Assembly: GCA_023489275.1 (NCBI GenBank)
Contig: JAMDDD010000024.1
Location: 10,788-74,787 of the forward strand
Length of the DNA stretch: 64,000 nt
Direction of reading: 5' to 3'
Source: Actinomycetota bacterium
GTDB lineage: Bacteria > Actinomycetota > Thermoleophilia > BMS3ABIN01
A program made the translations under genes and the position numbers. The notes beneath the pieces are model-generated. The model worked only from the letters and a program-made list of their open reading frames with translations, had not been told where the DNA came from and ran no database searches. Numbering within the stretch: position 1 is the first letter of the stretch; every line of letters starts with the position of its first letter. Positions 47,706-57,109 of this stretch are shown here, one piece after another.

Positions 47706-48875
47706 ATGCATAATGCCGACAAACTCGATCTTTTAACTTCGGGCGCCAGCTATGACCTGGCCTGTGCCTGCAGAGGCGAGCAGCAATCGCGCATCCGCGG
47801 CTCGTGGGGCCGCTGGATTTATCCTGCCGTTCTTCCCGATGGAAGGAGGGTGCCCCTTCTTAAAATTCTGCTGTCGAATTCGTGCTCGCGAGACTGCGTC
47901 TATTGCGCGAACCGGAGGGGAAGGAGATTCACCCGGACCTCATTTCGTCCCGAAGAGATGGCGCAAATTTTTATGGAGCTCAACCATCGGGGGCGCGTCG
48001 GCGGTTTGTTTCTCAGCTCGGCGATTAACGGCAGCGTAATTAACAGCATGGAGCAGATGCTCAAAACGATCGAGCTGGTCCGGTTCTGGCACGGATACAA
48101 AGGCTGGGTGCACCTGAAGATCCTTCCCGGCGCTTCCCGCCAACAGATCGAGCGCGCCGCCAGGCTTGCCAACCGCCTTTCACTGAATCTGGAAGCTCCA
48201 AGCCCGGCACGACTGAAGGCCATCTCATCGAAAAAGCGATTCACCGAGGATATTTACCGGCGGATGGAGTGGATTCAAAATCTGGCGGGCTCTGGCGGTT
48301 ACCGTTGCCGCGGGCAGACAACCCAGTTTGTCGTCGGCGCCGGTGAGGAAACAGATCGTGAGTTTGCTTTCCTGTCCGGCAAACTTTACACCAGTCTCGG
48401 TCTGTCACGCGTCTACTACAGCGCTTTTCAACCGGTAAAGAATACGCCCCTGTGGTCAAGACCGCCGGCGGCTTTTGAACGGGAGCACCGGCTTTATCAA
48501 GCAGATTTTCTGCTGAGAAAATATGGATTTACCGCAGACGAGCTCGTTTTTGACCGAAACGGAAATCTTCCTCTGGATAAAGATCCGAAAACCTCCTGGG
48601 CGAGCATCCATCCTGAGGCATTTCCAGTGGAAGTTAACACGGCGCCGCTCCAGCAGCTTTTAAGGATTCCGGGAATTGGACCCGTCGCCGCGACCCGAAT
48701 CATCAAAAGCAGAAGGCGGGAAAAACTTTCGACCCTGGATCACCTAAAATCCACCGGCGCCCGGGCTAAATGCGCTCCTTTTATCCTGCTTGACGGCAAG
48801 CGTCCAGCGGGGATTCGCGACGCCCAGCTTAGCCTGTTTGTGCCGGCTGCGGGCTTCGGCGTGGTTTCCGGCTGA
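47706..48875 (+). CDS. Putative DNA modification/repair radical SAM protein with C-terminal helix-hairpin-helix
   Basis: CSRDCVYCANRRG radical SAM cluster motif, SGASYDLAC N-terminus, and a C-terminal LQQLLRIPGIGPVAATRI HhH. Confidence 0.75.
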   Translation: MHNADKLDLLTSGASYDLACACRGEQQSRIRGSWGRWIYPAVLPDGRRVPLLKILLSNSCSRDCVYCANRRGRRFTRTSFRPEEMAQIFMELNHRGRVGGLFLSSAINGSVINSMEQMLKTIELVRFWHGYKGWVHLKILPGASRQQIERAARLANRLSLNLEAPSPARLKAISSKKRFTEDIYRRMEWIQNLAGSGGYRCRGQTTQFVVGAGEETDREFAFLSGKLYTSLGLSRVYYSAFQPVKNTPLWSRPPAAFEREHRLYQADFLLRKYGFTADELVFDRNGNLPLDKDPKTSWASIHPEAFPVEVNTAPLQQLLRIPGIGPVAATRIIKSRRREKLSTLDHLKSTGARAKCAPFILLDGKRPAGIRDAQLSLFVPAAGFGVVSG

Positions 48876-49194
48876 GTTTAAACTGATAATATAGCTTGCC
48901 TCCCGCGTTTCTCTCCCGCAGGAAAGTTATGATATAAATTAGGCCAGGGATATCATCGGTCGTCAATCAAAGGATAACTTTATCAGCCGGCAGGACCAAC
49001 ATATTGTTGCCGTCCATTACTTCTACCTGCTAAAGCAAGATGAAGAGGACCTGCGAAAACTCTGGCGCACCTTTGGCCCTCAGGCAGGTCCTGCCGGCGG
49101 CGAGTCTGATGCCGGAGCCGCCGAACTGGTCTCGGCAGGCCGGTGTCGCCTGATTCACCGCGTTTACGGCTCCGACAGGGACTTTTGCCTGCTC

Positions 49195-50415
49195 ATGCTT
49201 GCCGATTTGGCTTTGGTGGAGGTTTTACACCGGCGCAGCTCCGCCGTGGTTTCCGACCATGAGTGGCAGCAGATTCTGAATGAGATCGAAACAGGCCGCT
49301 CGCTGGTTGAAAAAGAGAACATCACGCTTTACGGGGAAACGACCGCGCTAGCCGTGGACGCGGGCGGCGCCCAGGAAGCGCTCACGCTGGCGGCATCCAG
49401 GGAGCGAGGCGGCCGGAGCGATTTCGAGACAGGTCTGCCTCCCACGGAACCGTTGCTTGGAAGCGAGCTGAATCCGGATCTCGGCGATGGTTCCACGGTT
49501 CTGTTCAACATCCCTAAAGCCTCGCCGGCAACTCGGGATTATTATGCGGTTTCGGCCGGGAATCCTGACCGGGTGCTTACACTGGTATTGCCGGAGATCG
49601 ACGCCGCCATAAAAAACCTGCGGAATCAAGCAGTTTACTTTTCCCATCAACGGCTGACGATCGCGGATGAGCGCGCCCAGATCGATACAAAGGTGGGCGG
49701 GCTGCTTCACGAACGAGTAGTCAGAGTAATTGATGAACCTGAGGGCGCCGGTCATCTGGAAGAAATGATCGCGAGCCTTTCGCGCATGTTTGGACTGCTG
49801 GCAACTGATTCTCTGCTGGTCCGCCGCTCTGAGGACAACCTGAAAGTGAGGAAGAAGGCGCTGGAATCGGTGCTGAATCTGAACTTGAACAGGAAGAACG
49901 GCGCCAGGGACGAAATCGGAGCATATTGCCTGCAAGCAGCGGCGAGCGACCTGGAAGAGGTGCACGCAGAGGGGAAAAAACTCGAGCTCTCCAGGCAGAA
50001 CGCCGCGGCGGCCATCGAAGTTGTCAGAACTCAGGTAGAGCTGCTCCGGACCAGAGAAGAAGCCGTTATCCAGGAGCAAACGAAAGAACTGCTTTCGCGC
50101 AGCCTGCTGGTGCAGCAGGAGCGGCTTGCCCTCCAGGTCGCGGCCGGCCTGGTCGAGTTTGTCCTCATTTTTTACTACGTGCTAAAGTCTTGGGAAGGAA
50201 TCGCCGGACAGGCAGTGGTTGACCGGGCACCGGCGATGATTCGGCTGCTAGCCATTGGCGGCATGAGCGCCGGAGCAGCAATCGGCACGCACTTTCTGGC
50301 CCAGGCGCTTTATAACCGTTCCTGGAAATCTGCCGGGTTGTGGATCTCGGCAGTGGTTTTGACTGCCTCTTTTGCGGCAATGCTTGTATTGACGCTTGTG
50401 GAGCAACAGGGTTAA
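49195..50415 (+). CDS. Hypothetical protein with C-terminal double TM anchor
   Basis: 406-aa ORF with a long helical region and two C-terminal TM helices. The frame stays open for a further 85 codons upstream without a start codon. Confidence 0.45.
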   Translation: MLADLALVEVLHRRSSAVVSDHEWQQILNEIETGRSLVEKENITLYGETTALAVDAGGAQEALTLAASRERGGRSDFETGLPPTEPLLGSELNPDLGDGSTVLFNIPKASPATRDYYAVSAGNPDRVLTLVLPEIDAAIKNLRNQAVYFSHQRLTIADERAQIDTKVGGLLHERVVRVIDEPEGAGHLEEMIASLSRMFGLLATDSLLVRRSEDNLKVRKKALESVLNLNLNRKNGARDEIGAYCLQAAASDLEEVHAEGKKLELSRQNAAAAIEVVRTQVELLRTREEAVIQEQTKELLSRSLLVQQERLALQVAAGLVEFVLIFYYVLKSWEGIAGQAVVDRAPAMIRLLAIGGMSAGAAIGTHFLAQALYNRSWKSAGLWISAVVLTASFAAMLVLTLVEQQG

Positions 50416-50436
50416 ATTCTGACAGGGAGACGTTTT

Positions 50437-50634
50437 TTGGACGCAGTTGAGCTCATCGAGCAGGCAATCGAGAACGAGAGGCTGGCGGCACAGCGATACC
50501 GCGAAGGCGCCGAGTCCGCGGATGACCCTGAAACCAGATCGCTGTTTGAACAGCTGGTCAGATGGGAGCAAGATCACGAGCGTGTCTTGCGGGAACGGCT
50601 GGCAACGCTAAAGCTGATCCGCGGTCAGCGCTGA
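50437..50634 (+). CDS. Small ferritin-like/rubrerythrin-like half-domain protein
   Basis: 65-aa ORF with the E...ExxH pattern (EQDHER) of a single four-helix-bundle half. Confidence 0.3.
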   Translation: MDAVELIEQAIENERLAAQRYREGAESADDPETRSLFEQLVRWEQDHERVLRERLATLKLIRGQR

Positions 50635-50651
50635 AAGTTCAGGATTCTCGA

Positions 50652-50855
50652 TTAGCGCTGACGGCCGAAAAGAGCCAGAAAACCAACCGGTGCCAGCCAC
50701 AATAAAACCCAAAAACCGATTGTGATGGCAAGAGGGAAGATGGCGCCGCTGCCATCCGAGCCGGGACCAACCGCCTCAAACAGAAACACTCCGGCGCCCG
50801 ACAGGCAGATGACGGACCATACGATTATTAGCTGAATTCTGTTTTTTACTGACAT
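50652..50855 (-). CDS. Small two-TM membrane protein, hypothetical
   Basis: 67-aa hydrophobic ORF. Confidence 0.25.
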   Translation of the reverse strand: MSVKNRIQLIIVWSVICLSGAGVFLFEAVGPGSDGSGAIFPLAITIGFWVLLWLAPVGFLALFGRQR

Positions 50856-50937
50856 GATTTATCTGAGCCGCGTCGATCACAGCCGAAATAAAACAGCCTG
50901 ACCCATTAGCCACGGCTGTTGCGGCCATCCCGCGTTC

Positions 50938-51768
50938 TTAAAAATAGCCCAGATCGCGCAGCTGCGCCATTATCTGCTCTTTTTCCTGGGCTCTGCCTTC
51001 GCGTTCCGGTCCGTCGCCGCGCGGGCGCGAGCTCTTGACCGTGCAGGGCTGGCAGCCAAGACTGCGGTAACCCTGATCATATAGAGTGCAGTATGGAAGG
51101 TCATACTTCTTAATGTATGCCCAAATGTCAAGCTCGCTAAAATGAAGAATCGGCTGCACCCGGGTATGCTCCGTCCGGTCCGAGAAATATTCCTCATCCT
51201 CACGAGCCGGCTGCTCGTCCCAGCGAACACCCGTGATCAGCGCTTTCCATCCGTTTTTTTTCACGGCCATGTCGATTGCCTCCGCCTTAAGCACCAGGCA
51301 GCATTGCTCATGGTCTTCGGCAATCTTGATTTTTTTAAGTCCTTCATGATTCGTGGTAATAATCAGATCAAGGTTCCATTCCCGGGCGAGGCGGTCACGG
51401 AACTTGATTATCTCATTGAATTTAACAGTGGTGTCAAGATTAAGCACCGGGATGGTGACGTTGCCTGCACCGATGCGCTTTAGCATATGCAAAACGGTGA
51501 GCGAGTCTTTCCCGCCGGTGAAGGTAGTCGCTATCTTTCCCTGGAAGCGCTCCAGCGCCTGCCTGAGCACCTCGAGGCTCCGCGCTTCTTTTTCTTCCAG
51601 AGCCTGCTCCGGCTCTGGCAGGCCGTCTGCTTTGTCAGTCATTTTTCCCCTGGAGCTCTGGCCGGTCAGTCTGTGGAGTCCGGCTGCTTTAGGAATTATT
51701 GTACCGCAACCGGAACTATTAGTCTCCCTTTGTTTGAAGCCCAAGCGTTCAGAAAATTGATCACACAA
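50938..51768 (-). CDS. PAPS reductase/PP-loop ATP pyrophosphatase family protein (CysH/CysD-like)
   Basis: TFTGGKDSLTVLHML PP-loop and a C-terminal YRSLGCQPCT. Confidence 0.7.
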   Translation of the reverse strand: MCDQFSERLGFKQRETNSSGCGTIIPKAAGLHRLTGQSSRGKMTDKADGLPEPEQALEEKEARSLEVLRQALERFQGKIATTFTGGKDSLTVLHMLKRIGAGNVTIPVLNLDTTVKFNEIIKFRDRLAREWNLDLIITTNHEGLKKIKIAEDHEQCCLVLKAEAIDMAVKKNGWKALITGVRWDEQPAREDEEYFSDRTEHTRVQPILHFSELDIWAYIKKYDLPYCTLYDQGYRSLGCQPCTVKSSRPRGDGPEREGRAQEKEQIMAQLRDLGYF

Positions 51769-51854
51769 ATGGCTCAGGCAAACCTGTCATCCTTCGCTAC
51801 GCCCAGGGCAGCTCTGAGCCATTGCCGCAGGCGGGTCTGCTAAAAAAGTGCTGT

Positions 51855-53648
51855 CTACTTTACCTGCAGGCTGCGCATCCGGTTAAAGGCAGCCGCGATT
51901 TCGAAACGGCGCGGAAGCGCATAGTCTCCGGGATGCTCATCCGGGGAAGCCGCGGCCGGGGCACCGGCCTCGCCACCGGACTCGGGTCCGGGTCCGGTAA
52001 CCGCCCCGCTGGCGCCGGCGAAGGGGCTGATGATCCCCAGGCCGCCAAGCTCAACATCGGCAAGCAGCCTGTCAAGAATCTGCTTTATGTCTGTCTGACC
52101 ATCATAATAGCCGCGCCTGAGCCCGTATAGAATCAGATCGCCGATAGCGCGGGTTTGGCTGAGATCAACGAGTTGTTCCAGGCCGTCAAGGTTGACAACC
52201 TGTGCTCCGAAATGGATTGTCTTCAGATCCCGGGCTCCCACTTTTTCCCGCCGGCCGCGGCGAGGATCGATGCCATGAGCGAGCGGCACTCTGGCAGTCA
52301 GCGCTCCAAATCCTTTCAGCGCCTCAATTTTTCGTACATCTTGGCGGGAAGCAGCCACGCGGCGGGCTTCGGCGGTGATTATTTCCGGCCGGTAATTTTT
52401 CATGGCAATTACCGTATCTGCGACTTCAAAATAATCCCCCGATCCGCCCATCACCAAGACCGTAGAGACGCCATGCTCTTTCTTCAGATCACGCACCCGG
52501 TCAATGAACGGCGTAATCGGCTCTGAACTTTTGGGAATCAGCCTTTGCATAAGCTCGTCACGGATCATGAAATTGCTGGCCGACGTATCTTCATCGATCA
52601 GCAGCAGCTGCGACCCTGCTTCCAGGGCCTCGATAATGTTCGCCGCCTGGGAAGTGCTGCCGCTGGCATTTTCAGTACGGAATCCGACCGTATCAACGCC
52701 GAAAGGGAGATTGGAGATGAAAGGACTGATATTCACTCGCTCCACGCGGCGCCCGTCCTCCGCTCTTATTTTGACAGCGTCGCTGCGGGTGACGACGCCT
52801 TCCCGTCCATCCCCCGGGATATGGCAATAAACCGAGCGCTCGAGGGCATTCATCAGCGTCGATTTACCGTGGTAGCCGCCGCCTACAATTAATGTTACCC
52901 CTTCCGGAATTCCCATCCCGCAGGTCCGGCCGCCGTTGGGCAAATCAACACCGACTCGTAACTGTTCTGGGCTTTGAAAACCCACCACCGGATCAGCCGC
53001 CCGCGGCCGGTCGCTAACCCCGCTTTCGCGGGGCAGAATTGCGCCGTCCGCCACAAAAGCAACCAGTCCCAAGCCGGGCAGCTGGCGGCGCAGCCATTCC
53101 TGGTCCTCGGCGGCCTCCACGTGAGCTTTAAGACCGGCTGCGGCATGCCCATCGAAATAAAGAGATGCGTCAACCAGGAGAGGAAGCTCCCCGAAAAGAA
53201 TGGCTGCTGCGTCTTTCCCGCGGCAGCGCCGTCCTGAAGCAGGCAGCCCGACTGCGAACCGGACCTCAACGAAGGATTCATTTGCAACCGCCGCCGTGCG
53301 CTTGAGAATCTCCTGGCCGCCGCTGTCGACGGTGACCAGGCCTGACTTGCCTGTTCCCCTGTGTCCTTTGACATAACGGCTGATTGCTGAATCAAATGCC
53401 CGGGCAATGTAATCTTCCAGCGCGGTCTGGCGCACGTCGGTGCAGTAAAGCCGCGGCTCAAAACCGGCGTCAGACTGGAGGACACGAACCCGCATCCGGG
53501 AAGGAGCCGCAAACGGGTCCGACTGGACGTGATCCACAAAAAAGGTGAAACGGGGAAAAAGATAAGACCCTTTAATTTTGCGGTACGCTTTGTAGCCGCC
53601 GCCATCGAGCTGTTCTAGTTTCTGTTTAAGGCCGGCTGCATCCATCAT
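51855..53648 (-). CDS. Predicted ATPase of the ABC class (ABC_ATPase family)
   Basis: 597-aa protein with a P-loop (VGGGYHGKSTLMNAL) and a Walker B-like LLLIDEDTSASNF motif. Confidence 0.6.
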   Translation of the reverse strand: MMDAAGLKQKLEQLDGGGYKAYRKIKGSYLFPRFTFFVDHVQSDPFAAPSRMRVRVLQSDAGFEPRLYCTDVRQTALEDYIARAFDSAISRYVKGHRGTGKSGLVTVDSGGQEILKRTAAVANESFVEVRFAVGLPASGRRCRGKDAAAILFGELPLLVDASLYFDGHAAAGLKAHVEAAEDQEWLRRQLPGLGLVAFVADGAILPRESGVSDRPRAADPVVGFQSPEQLRVGVDLPNGGRTCGMGIPEGVTLIVGGGYHGKSTLMNALERSVYCHIPGDGREGVVTRSDAVKIRAEDGRRVERVNISPFISNLPFGVDTVGFRTENASGSTSQAANIIEALEAGSQLLLIDEDTSASNFMIRDELMQRLIPKSSEPITPFIDRVRDLKKEHGVSTVLVMGGSGDYFEVADTVIAMKNYRPEIITAEARRVAASRQDVRKIEALKGFGALTARVPLAHGIDPRRGRREKVGARDLKTIHFGAQVVNLDGLEQLVDLSQTRAIGDLILYGLRRGYYDGQTDIKQILDRLLADVELGGLGIISPFAGASGAVTGPGPESGGEAGAPAAASPDEHPGDYALPRRFEIAAAFNRMRSLQVK

Positions 53649-54101
53649 TTACCTTAACCTTTGGCTTCAAAAAATCCGGACGCGATTTAATATATCACCC
53701 GGTGTGGACGGACAATCTGTCTGTAGCGCAATCACCCAAGACGTTCGATTCATCAGCAATAGCGGTTTGAACCGAAGGACGAAAAGAAGCCGTCATAAAG
53801 CCAGGGCTCCTCCTTCACCCCACGGTTTGACCTGAGTCAAGCCAAGGGACGATCAGCGGCCGAGTAAAAACCACTCAGTAAGGGAGCCCTGCCTGGATCT
53901 TTACAACATAAAAAGGGTTCAGGCACAACTTTACAAGCGCCTTAGGGCCCCCTCATTTGATGATATCAGTTCGCAAGTCGCCCGTCGTCATACTTCAGTT
54001 TGATCTTTTTCCGCAAAAGGTAGTATTTTTTCCGGCGCCAGCTGAAAGCTTCCGGGCTTGCCGATCTTGTTTTTGCCTTCAGCTGGGTAGATATTATTAT
54101 T

Positions 54102-54563
54102 GTGTTTGCCCGGCTGTTGATACTCTTCATAATCATCCCTCTGCTTGAGCTGCTGGTGATCATCCAGATCGGTTCAAGGATTGGTTATTTGTATACAATT
54201 CTGCTGCTGGTGTTCGTCAGCTTTTCCGGAGCGGCGCTCGCCAAGCGCGAGGGCTACCAGGCGGTGTCCCAGATACAGTCCGAAGTCGCCGCGGGCCGCA
54301 TGCCCGCCGATTCCCTCATCGATGGCGGCCTCATCCTTACGGCGGCAGCGCTTCTGATTACCCCGGGATATCTAACCGACGCCGCCGGCTTGGCGCTCCT
54401 GACTCCTCCCTTCCGCCGGCTGGTGCGGATTTATGTTCGCCGGCGCCTGAAAAAAGCCGTTGCCGCCCGGACCGTGCATTTTTGGACAAACGGACCGCCG
54501 CCTGACGCGAGCGGAGGCGCACCCCGCGAGCCGGAGCAGTCGCGCAAAGAGATAGATCGCTAG
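54102..54563 (+). CDS. fxsA: FxsA family membrane protein
   Basis: Two N-terminal TM helices (LILFIIIPLLELLVIIQIG), with the YLTDAAGLALLTPPFRR conserved block. Confidence 0.7.
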   Translation: MFARLLILFIIIPLLELLVIIQIGSRIGYLYTILLLVFVSFSGAALAKREGYQAVSQIQSEVAAGRMPADSLIDGGLILTAAALLITPGYLTDAAGLALLTPPFRRLVRIYVRRRLKKAVAARTVHFWTNGPPPDASGGAPREPEQSRKEIDR

Positions 54564-54567
54564 GTCA

Positions 54568-56052
54568 GTGAACCGCTTCCTGCTATACGTAATAGTCTTT
54601 ACCGGCGGCATGACAACGATGGCCGTGGAGATGTCGGCGTCGCGGCTGCTTGGCCCCTACTTCGGGAATTCACTCTTTATCTGGGCGAATCTCATCGGCC
54701 TGATCCTGATTTATCTGACCGCCGGCTACTACCTGGGAGGCCGGGTCGCGGACCGGTGGCCGCAGCCGCGCCTGCTCTTTACCCTTACGCTCTTTGCTTC
54801 GGTTGCAATTGCGATCGTGCCGTTTATTGCCAAACCGATCATGAGTGTGGCCATCCGCGGCATCGATCAGGTAAACGCCGGCGCCTTTCTCGGCTCCTTT
54901 GGCGTCACGGTGCTCCTTTTTGCCGCCCCCGTCACTGTCCTGGGCATGGTGGCGCCATTCGCCATCCGGCTCAATATCACCAGCATCGAGACATCGGGAA
55001 ACGTCTCCGGCGGTCTTTACGCCCTCTCGACAGTGGGGAGTATAATCGGCACATTTTTACCCGTATTTCTGTTCATCCCCTGGATCGGCACCAGGGATAC
55101 AATGCTGCTGTTTGCGGGGGCGCTGGCTGTGATCTCGGCAGCCGGCCTCAGACGTGGTTACCATGTGGCGGCGCCGATCCTGATATTTGCCGCCTTGCTG
55201 ATACCCCCGGGGGAGATTAAACCAACGGCGGGAGCAATTTATGAGGGAGAATCGCCCTATCAATACGTTCAGGTGATCCAGAAAGACGGCACCCGCTACC
55301 TGCAGCTGAATGAAGGCTGGGCGGTTCACTCAGAGTATAACCCGAGCCAGCCGCTGACCGGAGGCTACTGGGATTATTTTCTGGTCGCGCCCTGGTTTGG
55401 ATCGAACCGGCCGCCGGGGGAAGTGTTAAATATCGGCAGCGCTGCCGGTACCATCTGCAAGGAGTTACTCGATGTATATCCCCGAGCTCATGTGGACGCT
55501 GTGGAGCTCGATCCCGACGTCGTTGCGGTGGGGCGCAAGTATTTTGACATGAACGAAAAAAACCTGACAGTTTATGTAGGCGACGGCAGGCCGTATATCA
55601 AGACCTGCCGGAAGAGTTATGACATGATTGCTATTGACGCTTTCCGCCAGCCTTACATTCCCTTTTACCTGACAACGAGAGAATTCTTCCAGGAAGTCAA
55701 AGATCATCTCAATCCTGGTGGCACAGTGATGATCAATGTGGGCACCGTTCCGGGCGATTCGAAGCTGGCCGACGCCATCGCAGCCACCATGCGTGATGTC
55801 TATCCATCTGTCTACTCATTCTCTGCCGGCGAGTTCAACCAGTTAATCGTGGCGACCAAGGACCCCTCCAGGGCCGGCGAGCTGGCCGCCAGAAAGAGCG
55901 CCATGCCGGCCCCGGTGGCCTCGCTGACGGATGCGGCGCTGGCTCATCTGTCGGCGGTGCAGCCCGGCGGCACCATTCTCACCGACGACAAGGCGCCGGT
56001 GGAGTGGCTCACGGATCAGATGATCATTCATTACGCGACAGATCAGAGGTAA
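54568..56052 (+). CDS. Fused membrane domain plus spermidine-synthase-like aminopropyltransferase
   Basis: N-terminal ~200 aa with seven TM helices, followed by a SAM-dependent spermidine synthase fold (DAVELDPDVV, GDGRPY). Confidence 0.7.
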   Translation: MNRFLLYVIVFTGGMTTMAVEMSASRLLGPYFGNSLFIWANLIGLILIYLTAGYYLGGRVADRWPQPRLLFTLTLFASVAIAIVPFIAKPIMSVAIRGIDQVNAGAFLGSFGVTVLLFAAPVTVLGMVAPFAIRLNITSIETSGNVSGGLYALSTVGSIIGTFLPVFLFIPWIGTRDTMLLFAGALAVISAAGLRRGYHVAAPILIFAALLIPPGEIKPTAGAIYEGESPYQYVQVIQKDGTRYLQLNEGWAVHSEYNPSQPLTGGYWDYFLVAPWFGSNRPPGEVLNIGSAAGTICKELLDVYPRAHVDAVELDPDVVAVGRKYFDMNEKNLTVYVGDGRPYIKTCRKSYDMIAIDAFRQPYIPFYLTTREFFQEVKDHLNPGGTVMINVGTVPGDSKLADAIAATMRDVYPSVYSFSAGEFNQLIVATKDPSRAGELAARKSAMPAPVASLTDAALAHLSAVQPGGTILTDDKAPVEWLTDQMIIHYATDQR

Positions 56053-56149
56053 GACCCGGCAATTTCCCCGCGACCAACCGTCCTGCAGCTTGCTTATTAT
56101 TTCGATAAGAAAGCCCTATTTCACTTCGGCTCAGATTTGCTATACTTGT

Positions 56150-56212
56150 CAAAATCATGGTGATGAAGCTCACCATTAACCGCGCCGCGGCGCTAATGGC
56201 TTCTGCAGAAAT
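56150..56212 (+). promoter_or_regulatory. Fluoride riboswitch (crcB motif)
   Basis: GGUGAUGAAGCUCACC...AACCGCGCC...GGCGCUAAUGGCUUCUGC matches the conserved crcB-motif blocks (GAUG, AAC[CU]GCC, CUxAUGGCxUCU). It lies ~60 nt upstream of crcB. Confidence 0.7.
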
Positions 56213-56274
56213 CTGTGGAAGTTTTTTTATGCCCATATCCAGCCTGAATAGGTAAATAAAGATAGGGAGTTAAA

Positions 56275-56649
56275 ATGGAAACCGTCTTTGTAATAGGCAC
56301 CGGAGGTTTTTTCGGAGCCATCAGCCGCTACGCCGTCGCCCTCTGGATTGGTGAGCGCTGGGGGCGCAGCTTTCCGCTGGGAACGCTGGTGATCAATGTC
56401 AGCGGCAGCTTCCTCATCGGCCTGCTGATGTATGTTCTCGGCGACAAGGTGCTGGTCAACCCGCTGTGGCGCTCCTTGCTGGTGATTGGATTCCTGGGCG
56501 CCTACACCACCTTCTCCACCTTCGAGTACGAAACAGGTAATCTGTTGACCGACGGCGAACTCCTTTACGCAATGGTAAATGTCGTGGCCAGTGTCCTGTT
56601 CGGTTTCATGGCGCTCAAGACCGGCGAGCTGATCGCGAAAACAATATAG
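56275..56649 (+). CDS. crcB: Fluoride channel CrcB/Fluc
   Basis: GTGGFFGAISRY and GFLGAYTTFSTF motifs; four TM helices. Confidence 0.85.
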   Translation: METVFVIGTGGFFGAISRYAVALWIGERWGRSFPLGTLVINVSGSFLIGLLMYVLGDKVLVNPLWRSLLVIGFLGAYTTFSTFEYETGNLLTDGELLYAMVNVVASVLFGFMALKTGELIAKTI

Positions 56650-56666
56650 GAGCAAGTAGGAGCAAG

Positions 56667-57032
56667 GTGTTCACGGGTCCCGCGAAAAAACTGACAATTT
56701 ATCTGGATGAAGGGGACAAATTTCATCATAAGCCAATCTACGAGGCTGTGGTCGATATCCTCTACCAGAACCACATCATGGGTCTGAGTGTCTTTAGAGG
56801 GATCGGCGGCTACGGTTCCAATGGAGTCCTGCACACAACCAAGATCCTCGAGTTGTCAACCGACCTGCCGGTAAAAGTGGAGGCAATTGATTCCGCGGAC
56901 AAGATCTACGAAGCGCTGCCGGAGATCGCCGCGGTCGTCGAAAAGGGTCTCATTGAAGTTTCTGACACAAAAGTGATCAAATGCTGCCGTTCGAAAAAGG
57001 ATATTGGACAGAAAAAGACGCCCGATAAATAA
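56667..57032 (+). CDS. DUF190-like (PII-like fold) protein
   Basis: 121-aa protein with LTIYLDEGDKFHHKPIY. This family is a recurrent crcB/fluoride-riboswitch neighbour. Confidence 0.6.
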   Translation: MFTGPAKKLTIYLDEGDKFHHKPIYEAVVDILYQNHIMGLSVFRGIGGYGSNGVLHTTKILELSTDLPVKVEAIDSADKIYEALPEIAAVVEKGLIEVSDTKVIKCCRSKKDIGQKKTPDK

Positions 57033-57109
57033 AATCCGCCAACCCTCGCGATTAAACTTGGTAAATCCTCTTGTAGCAATAATTGCCGCGCCCGTGTTTT
57101 AATCCATGA

